A DNA stretch of 55,136 nt. Source: Macrostomum lignano. Its lineage: Eukaryota. The stretch covers positions 1-55,136 of the forward strand of contig NIVC01001273.1 of NCBI GenBank assembly GCA_002269645.1. The letters run 5' to 3'. The notes under the pieces were generated by a model that had not been told where the DNA came from, did no database searches, and worked only from the letters and a program-made list of their open reading frames with translations. Below, piece by piece: positions 30,099-42,900 of this stretch (position 1 is its first letter; each line of letters begins with the position of its first letter). Both the position numbers and the translations under genes were made by a program.

Positions 30099-30908
30099 CT
30101 TGTGTTGTTCCCTTGCTCCCCATTAATATTTTATTACCTTTGCGACTTACTGTGTATATTCTTGTTAACCTGTGCTTGTGTTGTGAGCCAGCCACACACA
30201 AGTCGTGCTGGTTTCTACGATATCCCACTATGAAAAATCCATGGAACTAGCTCTTGTTGAGGCATCAAACTAGCTATCGAGACTTTATTTTTAAGCCTCG
30301 TATTCTAATTCTATGCTAGATTTCCAGGAATTCGAGGCTGGTTCGAGAATAGTTTGCGAAAACGCTACCCTAGAACACCTGGTGTTTCCGTGTCCTTAAT
30401 ATGGCTTGTGTAAAATCCGAGACCTCTCTGTCTCCTTTCTTTATTGCATTTCCTAAGGGAAGCTAACAAAGGGGAATCACAGTCACTGAACAAAGTAAGC
30501 ACTAAGGGTTGCGTAAATACTCGTATGAATTGCGTTTTAGACCGCTTTATTAATCAAGCCATATTGTTATGAACCCCTTTTCGCGATCGATTCTTCAACT
30601 ATATAGTTGAGATTATTCTCACTGCTCCCAAAAAATTACTAAGCTAAGGCCCCAAAGCCTTCAAATTTGTGCAGACCTTGTGCAGTATGTTTACATCCGA
30701 ATGCTAAATATTCAAATGAGTGCGTTACTAAGTGTCAAGCTAAATATTACTTTAGAGTTAATCTTCAAGTTCAATGCTTGGCAGGCTTGTCATTTGAGTA
30801 TTCGAATTCTCAGTAAAGAGTATTGCAGCTTTTATCTAAAGGCAAATTTCTCAATGACTCGTAAACTTGTGCACCCAGGTCAAGTAATTTTCCAAGAAAT
30901 GCCTTTTC

Positions 30909-33900
30909 TATTCATCCTGTGTGAGCATTTTTGTAAGAATTAGCTGGTAAAATAAACTGAGTCTTGCTTTCAATTCCTTGCAATCAATATACATGTACCT
31001 ATATTTGAAAATGAGGAACCTAATACTTGTGTTGCTTTATTATTGTCAGATTATAGTTTTTAGTATATACATGTTAGGACATAGATAACTTTAATGGAGA
31101 CTCAGATATGAGATTCTAACCGATTATTAGAGCGTGCCAGTCGGTGTCACCCACAAAAAGAATGTCTCTATCTCAATCAGCTTTCGACTTCGAGATTTTT
31201 GAAGGGCGCTTATGCTTTCGCAGTTTTTGTACAGATGTTAAGAAACGGCGAATGCAACTGCTTGTTATTCTGAGTCTGTTTGAAATATCTGATACCATTT
31301 ATTTTTCGTAACTTGTGATACGGTATACATGTATATAATTAAGCCAATATATACCAAAGCTCTATACGAAAGAACAAAGCAAACCAAACAAAGATTTCCT
31401 AGCTCTGCTTCTCCCCTCTTCCCCTTAAGAGTGGTGTGCCACGATTTGCATGGATTTGGCCTTAAAAAATCGGGATACCGAACCGAAGCAACTGAAGCAG
31501 AAATTCGTTTCTGCGTTGTGCCTCTAACGGGCGACAGTGATTAGATTCAAACGGATTTGTTATTAGCTCGACTCGTATATAGCCTAAAGTTTATGTCAAG
31601 ATTTCTAGATTGTATATTGGTATTAATTGAAACGTATATCGTTTCCCACAGCTGTTTTGGAATCATCAATCAGCTGCTTTGATTTCTCGACTCCGCCCCG
31701 AATGCATTTGCCGAAAAAACTACTAGCTTATGCGACTGTGAACTGGCATCATCGATACACAAAGAGACTGAAACCTCGAGAACGCTAGCTATAAGTCCGT
31801 TTTTTGTTCTGCCTTGCTTTCTTGGTTCTGCTTTGTTGAAGGCCTTCCTAATGTATCAAAACCAAGATTTATATCTGTTTAGCTGCATAGCTAACAAAAA
31901 TCGTGGAAACCCATTCTATTCATGGTCTGAGAACCCTGATCATGCATGGACGACTATATATAAGCACCCGGACAGGAAACGGAAAATACATTATTTTTTT
32001 CTGTACAACATGGGGCAAAGTTCCTTTCTGAGGAAGAGAGGAGTGGGGGCCCTTCTCCGCAACACTCTTTCCCTCACGGCATCCCAAACAAGCAAACGCG
32101 TACATATCGCGTTCCAGCCTGAAGCCAAAGTGAGCAAGTGCATGAAAAGACAGTGACACAGACTGTGGGGTTGTACATTGACAAGTGGTTTGAATAAGGA
32201 TAACTGTTGCCTTTTCTCCTCGATTGCACTATAATTTAGTGACTCTAAAACGTTATTTATCTGCATTTTTTCACCAACTGTTTGCTGATTATTTTAAATT
32301 GCCAATCCTGCATAAATAAACAGTGCCGAATTCTGAAATAGTAGTTATTGGCATTGGCATGTCATCAATAAATGAGATTCTGTCTTGCGCTCAAAACTTA
32401 TTTTCCATGATTGATTCTTTTGGTGGCTGAGGAACGGACTGGCTGGGGGAAGAAAGAATGCCCTCATCTTGTACAGGCGGCAATTTCGCTTTCAGTCCAG
32501 TAGAATCTAGGAGTCCATGGATCGTGCCTGGATCAAACAAAGAGGCTGGAAAAAAAACTTTTTTCTTATCGGGGGAGTATCGGACGAGACAGTAGGAACC
32601 TGGTGGCGTGGCAAAAAAGATGTCGGAAGGAGAAGCTCGAGAGGCTAATAAATTAGATTTTTGCTTCTAAATGGAAGAAGCAAAAGAGATAAAGGGTTCC
32701 GAATGCCGTGGGTATCCTCATGCCCATTTCCAAACATATACAATATAGACAGGTAAAGTGAAGTAAAAAAGCCTCTAGGACCATAAAAATGGTTTATCTC
32801 ACCGCTCGATCGATACAGAGCGGGTCTCTTTCTTGGACAGAGCATATGTCCAACAGATACGGCTCTGTTGGACCAATGCTATACTTTTTGCGGCCTCAGT
32901 CATACATATCGGGGGAAGAACCTTCTGTGTTGATTTTTCGTCCCGGCAAGCCTCGAGATTTGGTCTGTGACTCGAAGAATAAGAACAAAGAGGTTCGGTT
33001 GTCTCCAGAGCGGCCAGATGTGGGTCTGCGATCTGTGAAGCATCTGCATTTGGCCCCCTGTCTTTAGCAAACTCAGCATTGCTTTTCCTGTGCCTGGTCC
33101 CCTGGGTCCAGGAAACTGCTTTCTCCTGGTCAAGGAAGCTGTATTAGTAGACTTAAACATGAAATTCTACAGATCACTAGAGCGTATCAGTCGGTGTCAT
33201 CTGTAGAATTTCATATTTGACTCTAGTAAAACAGCTTGGCAATTGCTGATTGATTATCCTGGATTTCCCGTATTTTAATGCATAGAAAATTTTCCGGAAT
33301 CGCCGCCTTGGAATATCTAGAAAGCAGATTAAGCTAGAGACACGATTCTTTCTAGGGAAGATAGGGACTGACACGCTCTAATGATCTGTAGAATCTCATA
33401 TTTGAGTCTTCTAATACAGCTTGGCAATTGCTGATTGATTTTCGCGAATTTCACCATTTGAATGCATTGCAATTTTCTGGAATCGCCGTTTTTGAGTGAA
33501 TATCTGGAAAGCAGATTAAGCTAGAGACACGATTCTTTCTGGGGAAGACAGGGACTGACACGCTCTAATGATCTGTAGAATCTCATATCTGAGTCTTCTA
33601 ATACAGCTTGGCAATTTGTGATTGATTTTCCTGGATTTCCCTTATTTAAATACATAGAAATTTTCCGGAATCTCCGCCTTCGAATATCTGGAAAGCAGAT
33701 TAAGCTAGAGACATGATTCTTTCTAGGGAAGATAGGGACTGACACGCTCTAATGATCTGTAGAATCTCATATCTGAGTCTTCTAATACAGCTTGGCAATT
33801 GCTGATTGATTTTCCTGGATTTCCCTTATTTAAATACATGAAATTTTCCGGAATCTCCGCCTTCGAATATCTGGAAAGCAGATTAAGCTAGAGACATGAT

Positions 33901-36900
33901 TCTTTCTAGGGAAGATAGGGACTGACACGCTCTAATGATCTGTAGAATCTCATATCTGAGTCTTCTAATACAGCTTGGCAATTGCTGATTGATTTTCGCG
34001 AATTTCACCATTTGAATGCATTGCAATTTTCTGGAATCGCCTTTTGAATGAATATCTGGAAGCAGATTAAGCTAGAGACACGATTCTTTCTGGGAAGACA
34101 GGGACTGACACGCTCTAATGATCTGTAGAATCTCATATCTGAGTCTTCTAATACAGCTTGGCAATTTGTGATTGATTTTCCTGGATTTCCCTTATTTAAA
34201 TACATAGAAATTTTCCGGAATCTCCGCCTTCGAATATCTGGAAAGCAGATTAAGCTAGAGACACGATTCTTTCTAGGGAAGACAGGGACTGACACGCTCT
34301 AATGATCTGTAGAATCTCATATCTGAGTCTTCTAATACAGCTTGGCAATTGCTGATTGATTTTCGCGATTTCCTTATTTGAATGCATTGCAATTTTCTGG
34401 AATCGCCTTGAATGAATATCTGGAAAGCAGATTAAGCTAGAGACACGATTCTTTCTGGGAAGACAGGGACTGACACGCTCTAATGATCTGTAGAATCTCA
34501 TATCTGAGTCTTCTAATACAGCTTGGCAATTGTGATTGATTTTCCTGGATTTCCCATTTAAATGCATAGAAATTTTCCGGAATCTCCGCCTTCGAATATC
34601 TGGAAAGCAGATTAAGCTAGAGACACGATTCTTTCTGGGAAGACAGGGACTGACACGCTCTAATGATCTGTAGAATCTCATATCTGAGTCTTCTAATACA
34701 GCTTGGCAATTTGTGATTGATTTTCCTGGATTTCCCTTATTTAAATACATAGAAATTTTCCGGAATCTCCGCCTTCGAATATCTGGAAAGCAGATTAAGC
34801 TAGAGACACGATTCTTTCTAGGGAAGACAGGGACTGACACGCTCTAATGATCTGTAGAATCTCATATCTGAGTCTTCTAATACAGCTTGGCAATTGCTGA
34901 TTGATTTTCGCGAATTTCACCATTTGAATGCATTGCAATTTTCTGGAATCGCCTTTTGAATGAATATCTGGAAAGCAGATTAAGCTAGAGACACGATTCT
35001 TTCTGGGGAAGACAGGGACTGACACGCTCTAATGATCTGTAGAATCTCATATCTGAGTCTTCTAATACAGCTTGGCAATTTGTGATTGATTTTCCTGGAT
35101 TTCCCTTATTTAAATACATAGAAATTTTCCGGAATCTCCGCCTTCGAATATCTGGAAAGCAGATTAAGCTAGAGACACGATTCTTTCTGGGAAGACAGGG
35201 ACTGACACGCTCTAATGATCTGTAGAATCTCATATCTGAGTCTTCTAATACAGCTTGGCAATTGCTGATTGATTTTCGCGATTTCCCATTTGAATGCATT
35301 GAAATTTTCTGGAATCGCCTTGAATGAATATCTGGAAAGCAGATTAAGCTAGAGACACGATTCTTTCTGGGAAGACAGGGACTGACACGCTCTAATGATC
35401 TGTAGAATCTCATATCTGAGTCTTCTAATACAGCTTGGCAATTGCTGATTGATTTTCCTGGATTTCCCTTATTTAAATACAGAAATTTTCCGGAATCTCC
35501 GCCTTCGAATATCTGGAAAGCAGATTAAGCTAGAGACACGATTCTTTCTGGGAAGACAGGGACTGACACGCTCTAATGATCTGTAGAATCTCATATCTGA
35601 GTCTTCTAATACAGCTTGGCAATTGCTGATTGATTTTCGCGAATTTCACCATTTGAATGCATTGCAATTTTCTGGAATCGCCATTTTTGAATGAATATCT
35701 GGAAAGCAGATTAAGCTAGAGACACGATTCTTTCTGGAAAGACAGGGACTGACACGCTCTAATGATCTGTAGAATCTCATATCTGAGTCTTCTAATACAG
35801 CTTGGCAATTGTGATTGATTTTCCTGGATTTCCCTTATTTAAATACATAGAAATTTTCCGGAATCTCCGCCTTCGAATATCTGGAAAGCAGATTAAGCTA
35901 GAGACACGATTCTTTCTGGGAAGACAGGGACTGACACGCTCTAATGATCTGTAGAATCTCATATCTGAGTCTTCTAATACAGCTTGGCAATTGCTGATTG
36001 ATTTTCGCGAATTTCACCATTTGAATGCATTGCAATTTTCTGGAATCGCCGTTTTTGATGAATATCTGGAAAGCAGATTAAGCTAGAGACACGATTCTTT
36101 CTGGGAAGACAGGGACTGACACGCTCTAATGATCTGTAGAATCTCATATCTGAGTCTTCTAATACAGCTTGGCAATTGTGATTGATTTTCCTGGATTTCC
36201 CTTATTTAAATACATAGAAATTTTCCGGAATCTCCGCCTTCGAATATCTGGAAAGCAGATTAAGCTAGAGACACGATTCTTTCTGGGGAAGACAGGGACT
36301 GACACGCTCTAATGATCTGTAGAATCTCATATCTGAGTCTTCTAATACAGCTTGGCAATTGTGATTGATTTTCGCGAATTTCACCATTTGAATGCATTGC
36401 AATTTTCTGGAATCGCCATTTTTGAATGAATATCTGGAAAGCAGATTAAGCTAGAGACACGATTCTTTCTGGGGAAGACAGGGACTGACACGCTCTAATG
36501 ATCTGTAGAATCTCATATCTGAGTCTTCTAATACAGCTTGGCAATTGTGATTGATTTTCCTGGATTTCCCTTATTTAAATACATAGAAATTTTCCGGAAT
36601 CTCCGCCTTCGAATATCTGGAAAGCAGATTAAGCTAGAGACACGATTCTTTCTGGGGAAGACAGGGACTGACACGCTCTAATGATCTGTAGAATCTCATA
36701 TCTGAGTCTTCTAATACAGCTTGGCAATTGCTGATTGATTTTCGCGAATTTCACCATTTGAATGCATTGCAATTTTCTGGAATCGCCTTTTTGAATGAAT
36801 ATCTGGAAAGCAGATTAAGCTAGAGACACGATTCTTTCTGGGGAAGACAGGGACTGACACGCTCTAATGATCTGTAGAATCTCATATCTGAGTCTTCTAA

Positions 36901-39900
36901 TACAGCTTGGCAATTGTGATTGATTTTCCTGGATTTCCCTTATTTAAATACATAGAAATTTTCCGGAATCTCCGCCTTCGAATATCTGGAAAGCAGATTA
37001 AGCTAGAGACACGATTCTTTCTAGGGAAGACAGGGACTGACACGCTCTAATGATCTGTAGAATCTCATATCTGAGTCTTCTAATACAGCTTGGCAATTGC
37101 TGATTGATTTTCGCGAATTTCACCATTTGAATGCATTGCAATTTTCTGGAATCGCCGTTTTTGAATGAATATCTGGAAGCAGATTAAGCTAGAGACACGA
37201 TTCTTTCTGGGAAGACAGGGACTGACACGCTCTAATGATCTGTAGAATCTCATATCTGAGTCTTCTAATACAGCTTGGCAATTTGTGATTGATTTTCCTG
37301 GATTTCCCTTATTTAAATACAGAAATTTTCCGGAATCTCCGCCTTCGAATATCTGGAAAGCAGATTAAGCTAGAGACACGATTCTTTCTAGGGAAGATAG
37401 GGACTGACACGCTCTAATGATCTGTAGAATCTCATATCTGAGTCTTCTAATACAGCTTGGCAATTGCTGATTGATTTTCGCGAATTTCACCATTTGAATG
37501 CATTGCAATTTTCTGGAATCGCCATTTTTGAATGAATATCTGGAAAGCAGATTAAGCTAGAGACACGATTCTTTCTAGGGAAGATAGGGACTGACACGCT
37601 CTAATGATCTGTAGAATCTCATATCTGAGTCTTCTAATACAGCTTGGCAATTTGTGATTGATTTTCCTGGATTTCCCTTATTTAAATACATAGAAATTTT
37701 CCGGAATCTCCGCCTTCGAATATCTGGAAAGCAGATTAAGCTAGAGACACGATTCTTTCTGGGAAGACAGGGACTGACACGCTCTAATGATCTGTAGAAT
37801 CTCATATCTGAGTCTTCTAATACAGCTTGGCAATTGCTGATTGATTTTCGCGAATTTCCATTTGAATGCATTGCAATTTTCTGGAATCGCCTTTTTGAAT
37901 ATCTGGAAAGCAGATTAAGCTAGAGACACGATTCTTTCTGGGAAGACAGGGACTGACACGCTCTAATGATCTGTAGAATCTCATATCTGAGTCTTCTAAT
38001 ACAGCTTGGCAATTGCTGATTGATTTTCGCGAATTTCACCATTTGAATGCATTGCAATTTTCTGGAATCGCCTTGATGAATATCTGGAAAGCAGATTAAG
38101 CTAGAGACACGATTCTTTCTGGGAAGACAGGGACTGACACGCTCTAATGATCTGTAGAATCTCATATCTGAGTCTTCTAATACAGCTTGGCAATTGTGAT
38201 TGATTTTCCTGGATTTCCCTTATTTAAATACATAGAAATTTTCCGGAATCTCCGCCTTCGAATATCTGGAAAGCAGATTAAGCTAGAGACACGATTCTTT
38301 CTGGGGAAGATAGGGACTGACACGCTCTAATGATCTGTAGAATCTCATATCTGAGTCTTCTAATACAGCTTGGCAATTGTGATTGATTTTCGCGAATTTC
38401 ACCATTTGAATGCATTGCAATTTTCTGGAATCGCCATTTTTGAATGAATATCTGGAAAGCAGATTAAGCTAGAGACACGATTCTTTCTGGAAAGACAGGG
38501 ACTGACACGCTCTAATGATCTGTAGAATCTCATATCTGAGTCTTCTAATACAGCTTGGCAATTTGTGATTGATTTTCCTGGATTTCCCTTATTTAAATAC
38601 ATAGAAATTTTCCGGAATCTCCGCCTTCGAATATCTGGAAAGCAGATTAAGCTAGAGACATGATTCTTTCTAGGGAAGATAGGGACTGACACGCTCTAAT
38701 GATCTGTAGAATCTCATATCTGAGTCTTCTAATACAGCTTGGCAATTTGTGATTGATTTTCCTGGATTTCCCTTATTTAAATACAGAAATTTTCCGGAAT
38801 CTCCGCCTTCGAATATCTGGAAAGCAGATTAAGCTAGAGACACGATTCTTTCTAGGGAAGACAGGGACTGACACGCTCTAATGATCTGTAGAATCTCATA
38901 TCTGAGTCTTCTAATACAGCTTGGCAATTGCTGATTGATTTTCGCGAATTTCACCATTTGAATGCATTGCAATTTTCTGGAATCGCCATTTTTGAATGAA
39001 TATCTGGAAGGCAGATTAAGCTAGAGACACGATTCTTTCTAGGGAAGATAGGGACTGACACGCTCTAATGATCTGTAGAATCTCATATCTAAGTCTTCTA
39101 ATACAGCTTGGCAATTTGTGATTGATTTTCCTGGATTTCCCTTATTTAAATACAGAAATTTTCCGGAATCTCCGCCTTCGAATATCTGGAAAGCAGATTA
39201 AGCTAGAGACACGATTCTTTCTAGGGAAGACAGGGACTGACACGCTCTAATGATCTGTAGAATCTCATATCTGAGTCTTCTAATACAGCTTGGCAATTGC
39301 TGATTGATTTTCGCGAATTTAACCATTTGAATGCATTGCAATTTTCTGGAATCGCCGTTTTTGAGTGGATATCTGGAAAGCAGATTAAGCTAGAGACACG
39401 ATTCTTTCTGGGGAAGACAGGGACTGACACGCTCTAATGATCTGTAGAATTTCATATTTGAGTCTACTAATACAGCTTGGCAATTTCTGATTGTTCTTAC
39501 TGGATTTCCCATTTAAGAATTGATGACGACACTCATAAAGCAGAAATTTAAAAAATCATCAAAGTTTCATTTCGTAGTTACCTACTTTCAGTAGCATTTA
39601 TTGAAAAATTCTTGGCTGAAAGATTCTGAAAAAGCTACTTTTTTGCCGAGAATGATTTTGATAACATACGAGCGTATTATTTCTTGAAATGAGGTTATAG
39701 ACTTGAAAATTGTTCAACAAATAAAAATGGAGATCCAGGAACATAAAATTACTAATAATAGACCCTAGACTTATGAAAAGCGTGTTTTTTTACACAGTGC
39801 CCCCCACTCTGCGCCCTCTCGATAGTAAGTAGTACAGTGAAAATTGTGAAAAACTCGGCGTCGAAATTTCGATGTTCTGGCGCCCAGCGCCATCTGTTGG

Positions 39901-39924
39901 ACCGGGCGCCAGTGCACCACTGGG
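30909..39924 (+). repeat. Right-arm macro-unit copy 1 (9016 bp)
   Basis: Starts TATTCATCCTGTG, ends ...CACCACTGGG; ~2.3 kb unique part + satellite array + ~0.4 kb terminus. Confidence 0.95.
33199..39514. repeat. ~184-bp satellite array 1 (~34 monomers, A/B variants)
   Basis: CTAGAGACAC spacing of 180-187 bp. Confidence 0.97.
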
Positions 39925-42900
39925 TATTCATCCTGTGTGAGCATTTTTGTAAGAATTAGCTGGTAAAATAAACTGAGTCTTGCTTTCAATTCCTTGCAAT
40001 CAATATACATGTACCTATATTTGAAAATGAGGAACCTAATACTTGTGTTGCTTTATTATTGTCAGATTATAGTTTTTAGTATATACATGTTAGGACATAG
40101 ATAACTTTAATGGAGACTCAGATATGAGATTCTAACCGATTATTAGAGCGTGCCAGTCGGTGTCACCCACAAAAAGAATGTCTCTATCTCAATCAGCTTT
40201 CGACTTCGAGATTTTTGAAGGGCGCTTATGCTTTCGCAGTTTTTGTACAGATGTTAAGAAACGGCGAATGCAACTGCTTGTTATTCTGAGTCTGTTTGAA
40301 ATATCTGATACCATTTATTTTTCGTAACTTGTGATACGGTATACATGTATATAATTAAGCCAATATATACCAAAGCTCTATACGAAAGAACAAAGCAAAC
40401 CAAACAAAGATTTCCTAGCTCTGCTTCTCCCCTCTTCCCCTTAAGAGTGGTGTGCCACGATTTGCATGGATTTGGCCTTAAAAAATCGGGATACCGAACC
40501 GAAGCAACTGAAGCAGAAATTCGTTTCTGCGTTGTGCCTCTAACGGGCGACAGTGATTAGATTCAAACGGATTTGTTATTAGCTCGACTCGTATATAGCC
40601 TAAAGTTTATGTCAAGATTTCTAGATTGTATATTGGTATTAATTGAAACGTATATCGTTTCCCACAGCTGTTTTGGAATCATCAATCAGCTGCTTTGATT
40701 TCTCGACTCCGCCCCGAATGCATTTGCCGAAAAAACTACTAGCTTATGCGACTGTGAACTGGCATCATCGATACACAAAGAGACTGAAACCTCGAGAACG
40801 CTAGCTATAAGTCCGTTTTTTGTTCTGCCTTGCTTTCTTGGTTCTGCTTTGTTGAAGGCCTTCCTAATGTATCAAAACCAAGATTTATATCTGTTTAGCT
40901 GCATAGCTAACAAAAATCGTGGAAACCCATTCTATTCATGGTCTGAGAACCCTGATCATGCATGGACGACTATATATAAGCACCCGGACAGGAAACGGAA
41001 AATACATTATTTTTTTCTGTACAACATGGGGCAAAGTTCCTTTCTGAGGAAGAGAGGAGTGGGGCCCTTCTCCGCAACACTCTTTCCCTCACGGCATCCC
41101 AAACAAGCAAACGCGTACATATCGCGTTCCAGCCTGAAGCCAAAGTGAGCAAGTGCATGAAAAGACAGTGACACAGACTGTGGGGTTGTACATTGACAAG
41201 TGGTTTGAATAAGGATAACTGTTGCCTTTTCTCCTCGATTGCACTATAATTTAGTGACTCTAAAACGTTATTTATCTGCATTTTTTCACCAACTGTTTGC
41301 TGATTATTTTAAATTGCCAATCCTGCATAAATAAACAGTGCCGAATTCTGAAATAGTAGTTATTGGCATTGGCATGTCATCAATAAATGAGATTCTGTCT
41401 TGCGCTCAAAACTTATTTTCCATGATTGATTCTTTTGGTGGCTGAGGAACGGACTGGCTGGGGGAAGAAAGAATGCCCTCATCTTGTACAGGCGGCAATT
41501 TCGCTTTCAGTCCAGTAGAATCTAGGAGTCCATGGATCGTGCCTGGATCAAACAAAGAGGCTGGAAAAAAAACTTTTTTCTTATCGGGGAGTATCGGACG
41601 AGACAGTAGGAACCTGGTGGCGTGGCAAAAAAGATGTCGGAAGGAGAAGCTCGAGAGGCTAATAAATTAGATTTTTGCTTCTAAATGGAAGAAGCAAAAG
41701 AGATAAAGGGTTCCGAATGCCGTGGGTATCCTCATGCCCATTTCCAAACATATACAATATAGACAGGTAAAGTGAAGTAAAAAAGCCTCTAGGACCATAA
41801 AAATGGTTTATCTCACCGCTCGATCGATACAGAGCGGGTCTCTTTCTTGGACAGAGCATATGTCCAACAGATACGGCTCTGTTGGACCAATGCTATACTT
41901 TTTGCGGCCTCAGTCATACATATCGGGGGGAAGAACCTTCTGTGTTGATTTTTCGTCCCGGCAAGCCTCGAGATTTGGTCTGTGACTCGAAGAATAAGAA
42001 CAAAGAGGTTCGGTTGTCTCCAGAGCGGCCAGATGTGGGTCTGCGATCTGTGAAGCATCTGCATTTGGCCCCCTGTCTTTAGCAAACTCAGCATTGCTTT
42101 TCCTGTGCCTGGTCCCCTGGGTCCAGGAAACTGCTTTCTCCTGGTCAAGGAAGCTGTATTAGTAGACCCAAACATGAAACTCCACAGATCACTAGAGCGT
42201 ATCAGTCGGTGTCATCTGTAGAATTTCATATTTGACTCTAGTAAAACAGCTTGGCAATTGCTGATTGATTATCCTGGATTTCCCGTATTTTAATGCATAG
42301 AAAATTTTCCGGAATCGCCGCCTTGGAATATCTAGAAAGCAGATTAAGCTAGAGACACGATTCTTTCTAGGGAAGATAGGGACTGACACGCTCTAATGAT
42401 CTGTAGAATCTCATATTTGAGTCTTCTAATACAGCTTGGCAATTGCTGATTGATTTTCGCGAATTTCACCATTTGAATGCATTGCAATTTTCTGGAATCG
42501 CCGTTTTTGAGTGAATATCTGGAAAGTAGATTAAGCTAGAGACACGATTCTTTCTGGGGAAGACAGGGACTGACACGCTCTAATGATCTGTAGAATCTCA
42601 TATCTGAGTCTTCTAATACAGCTTGGCAATTTGTGATTGATTTTCCTGGATTTCCCTTATTTAAATACATAGAAATTTTCCGGAATCTCCGCCTTCGAAT
42701 ATCTGGAAAGCAGATTAAGCTAGAGACATGATTCTTTCTAGGGAAGATAGGGACTGACACGCTCTAATGATCTGTAGAATCTCATATTGAGTCTTCTAAT
42801 ACAGCTTGGCAATTGCTGATTGATTTTCCTGGATTTCCCTTATTTAAATACATAGAAATTTTCCGGAATCTCCGCCTTCGAATATCTGGAAAGCAGATTA

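Noticed and set aside
33040-33130. GPGTGKA Walker-A-like word (minus strand) with a nearby DASQI
   Set aside because: One residue short of GxxGxGK[ST], lacks S/T, the supposed Walker B is in another frame and far too close, and the surrounding frames are closed. Treated as chance unless a tblastn says otherwise.
39860-39924. Helitron 3' end (GC hairpin followed by CTGG) with rolling-circle tandem copies
   Set aside because: No Rep/helicase gene and no 5' TC start or A|T target. The end instead matches a TIR at 22907 with a 2-bp TSD and an EnSpm-type transposase.
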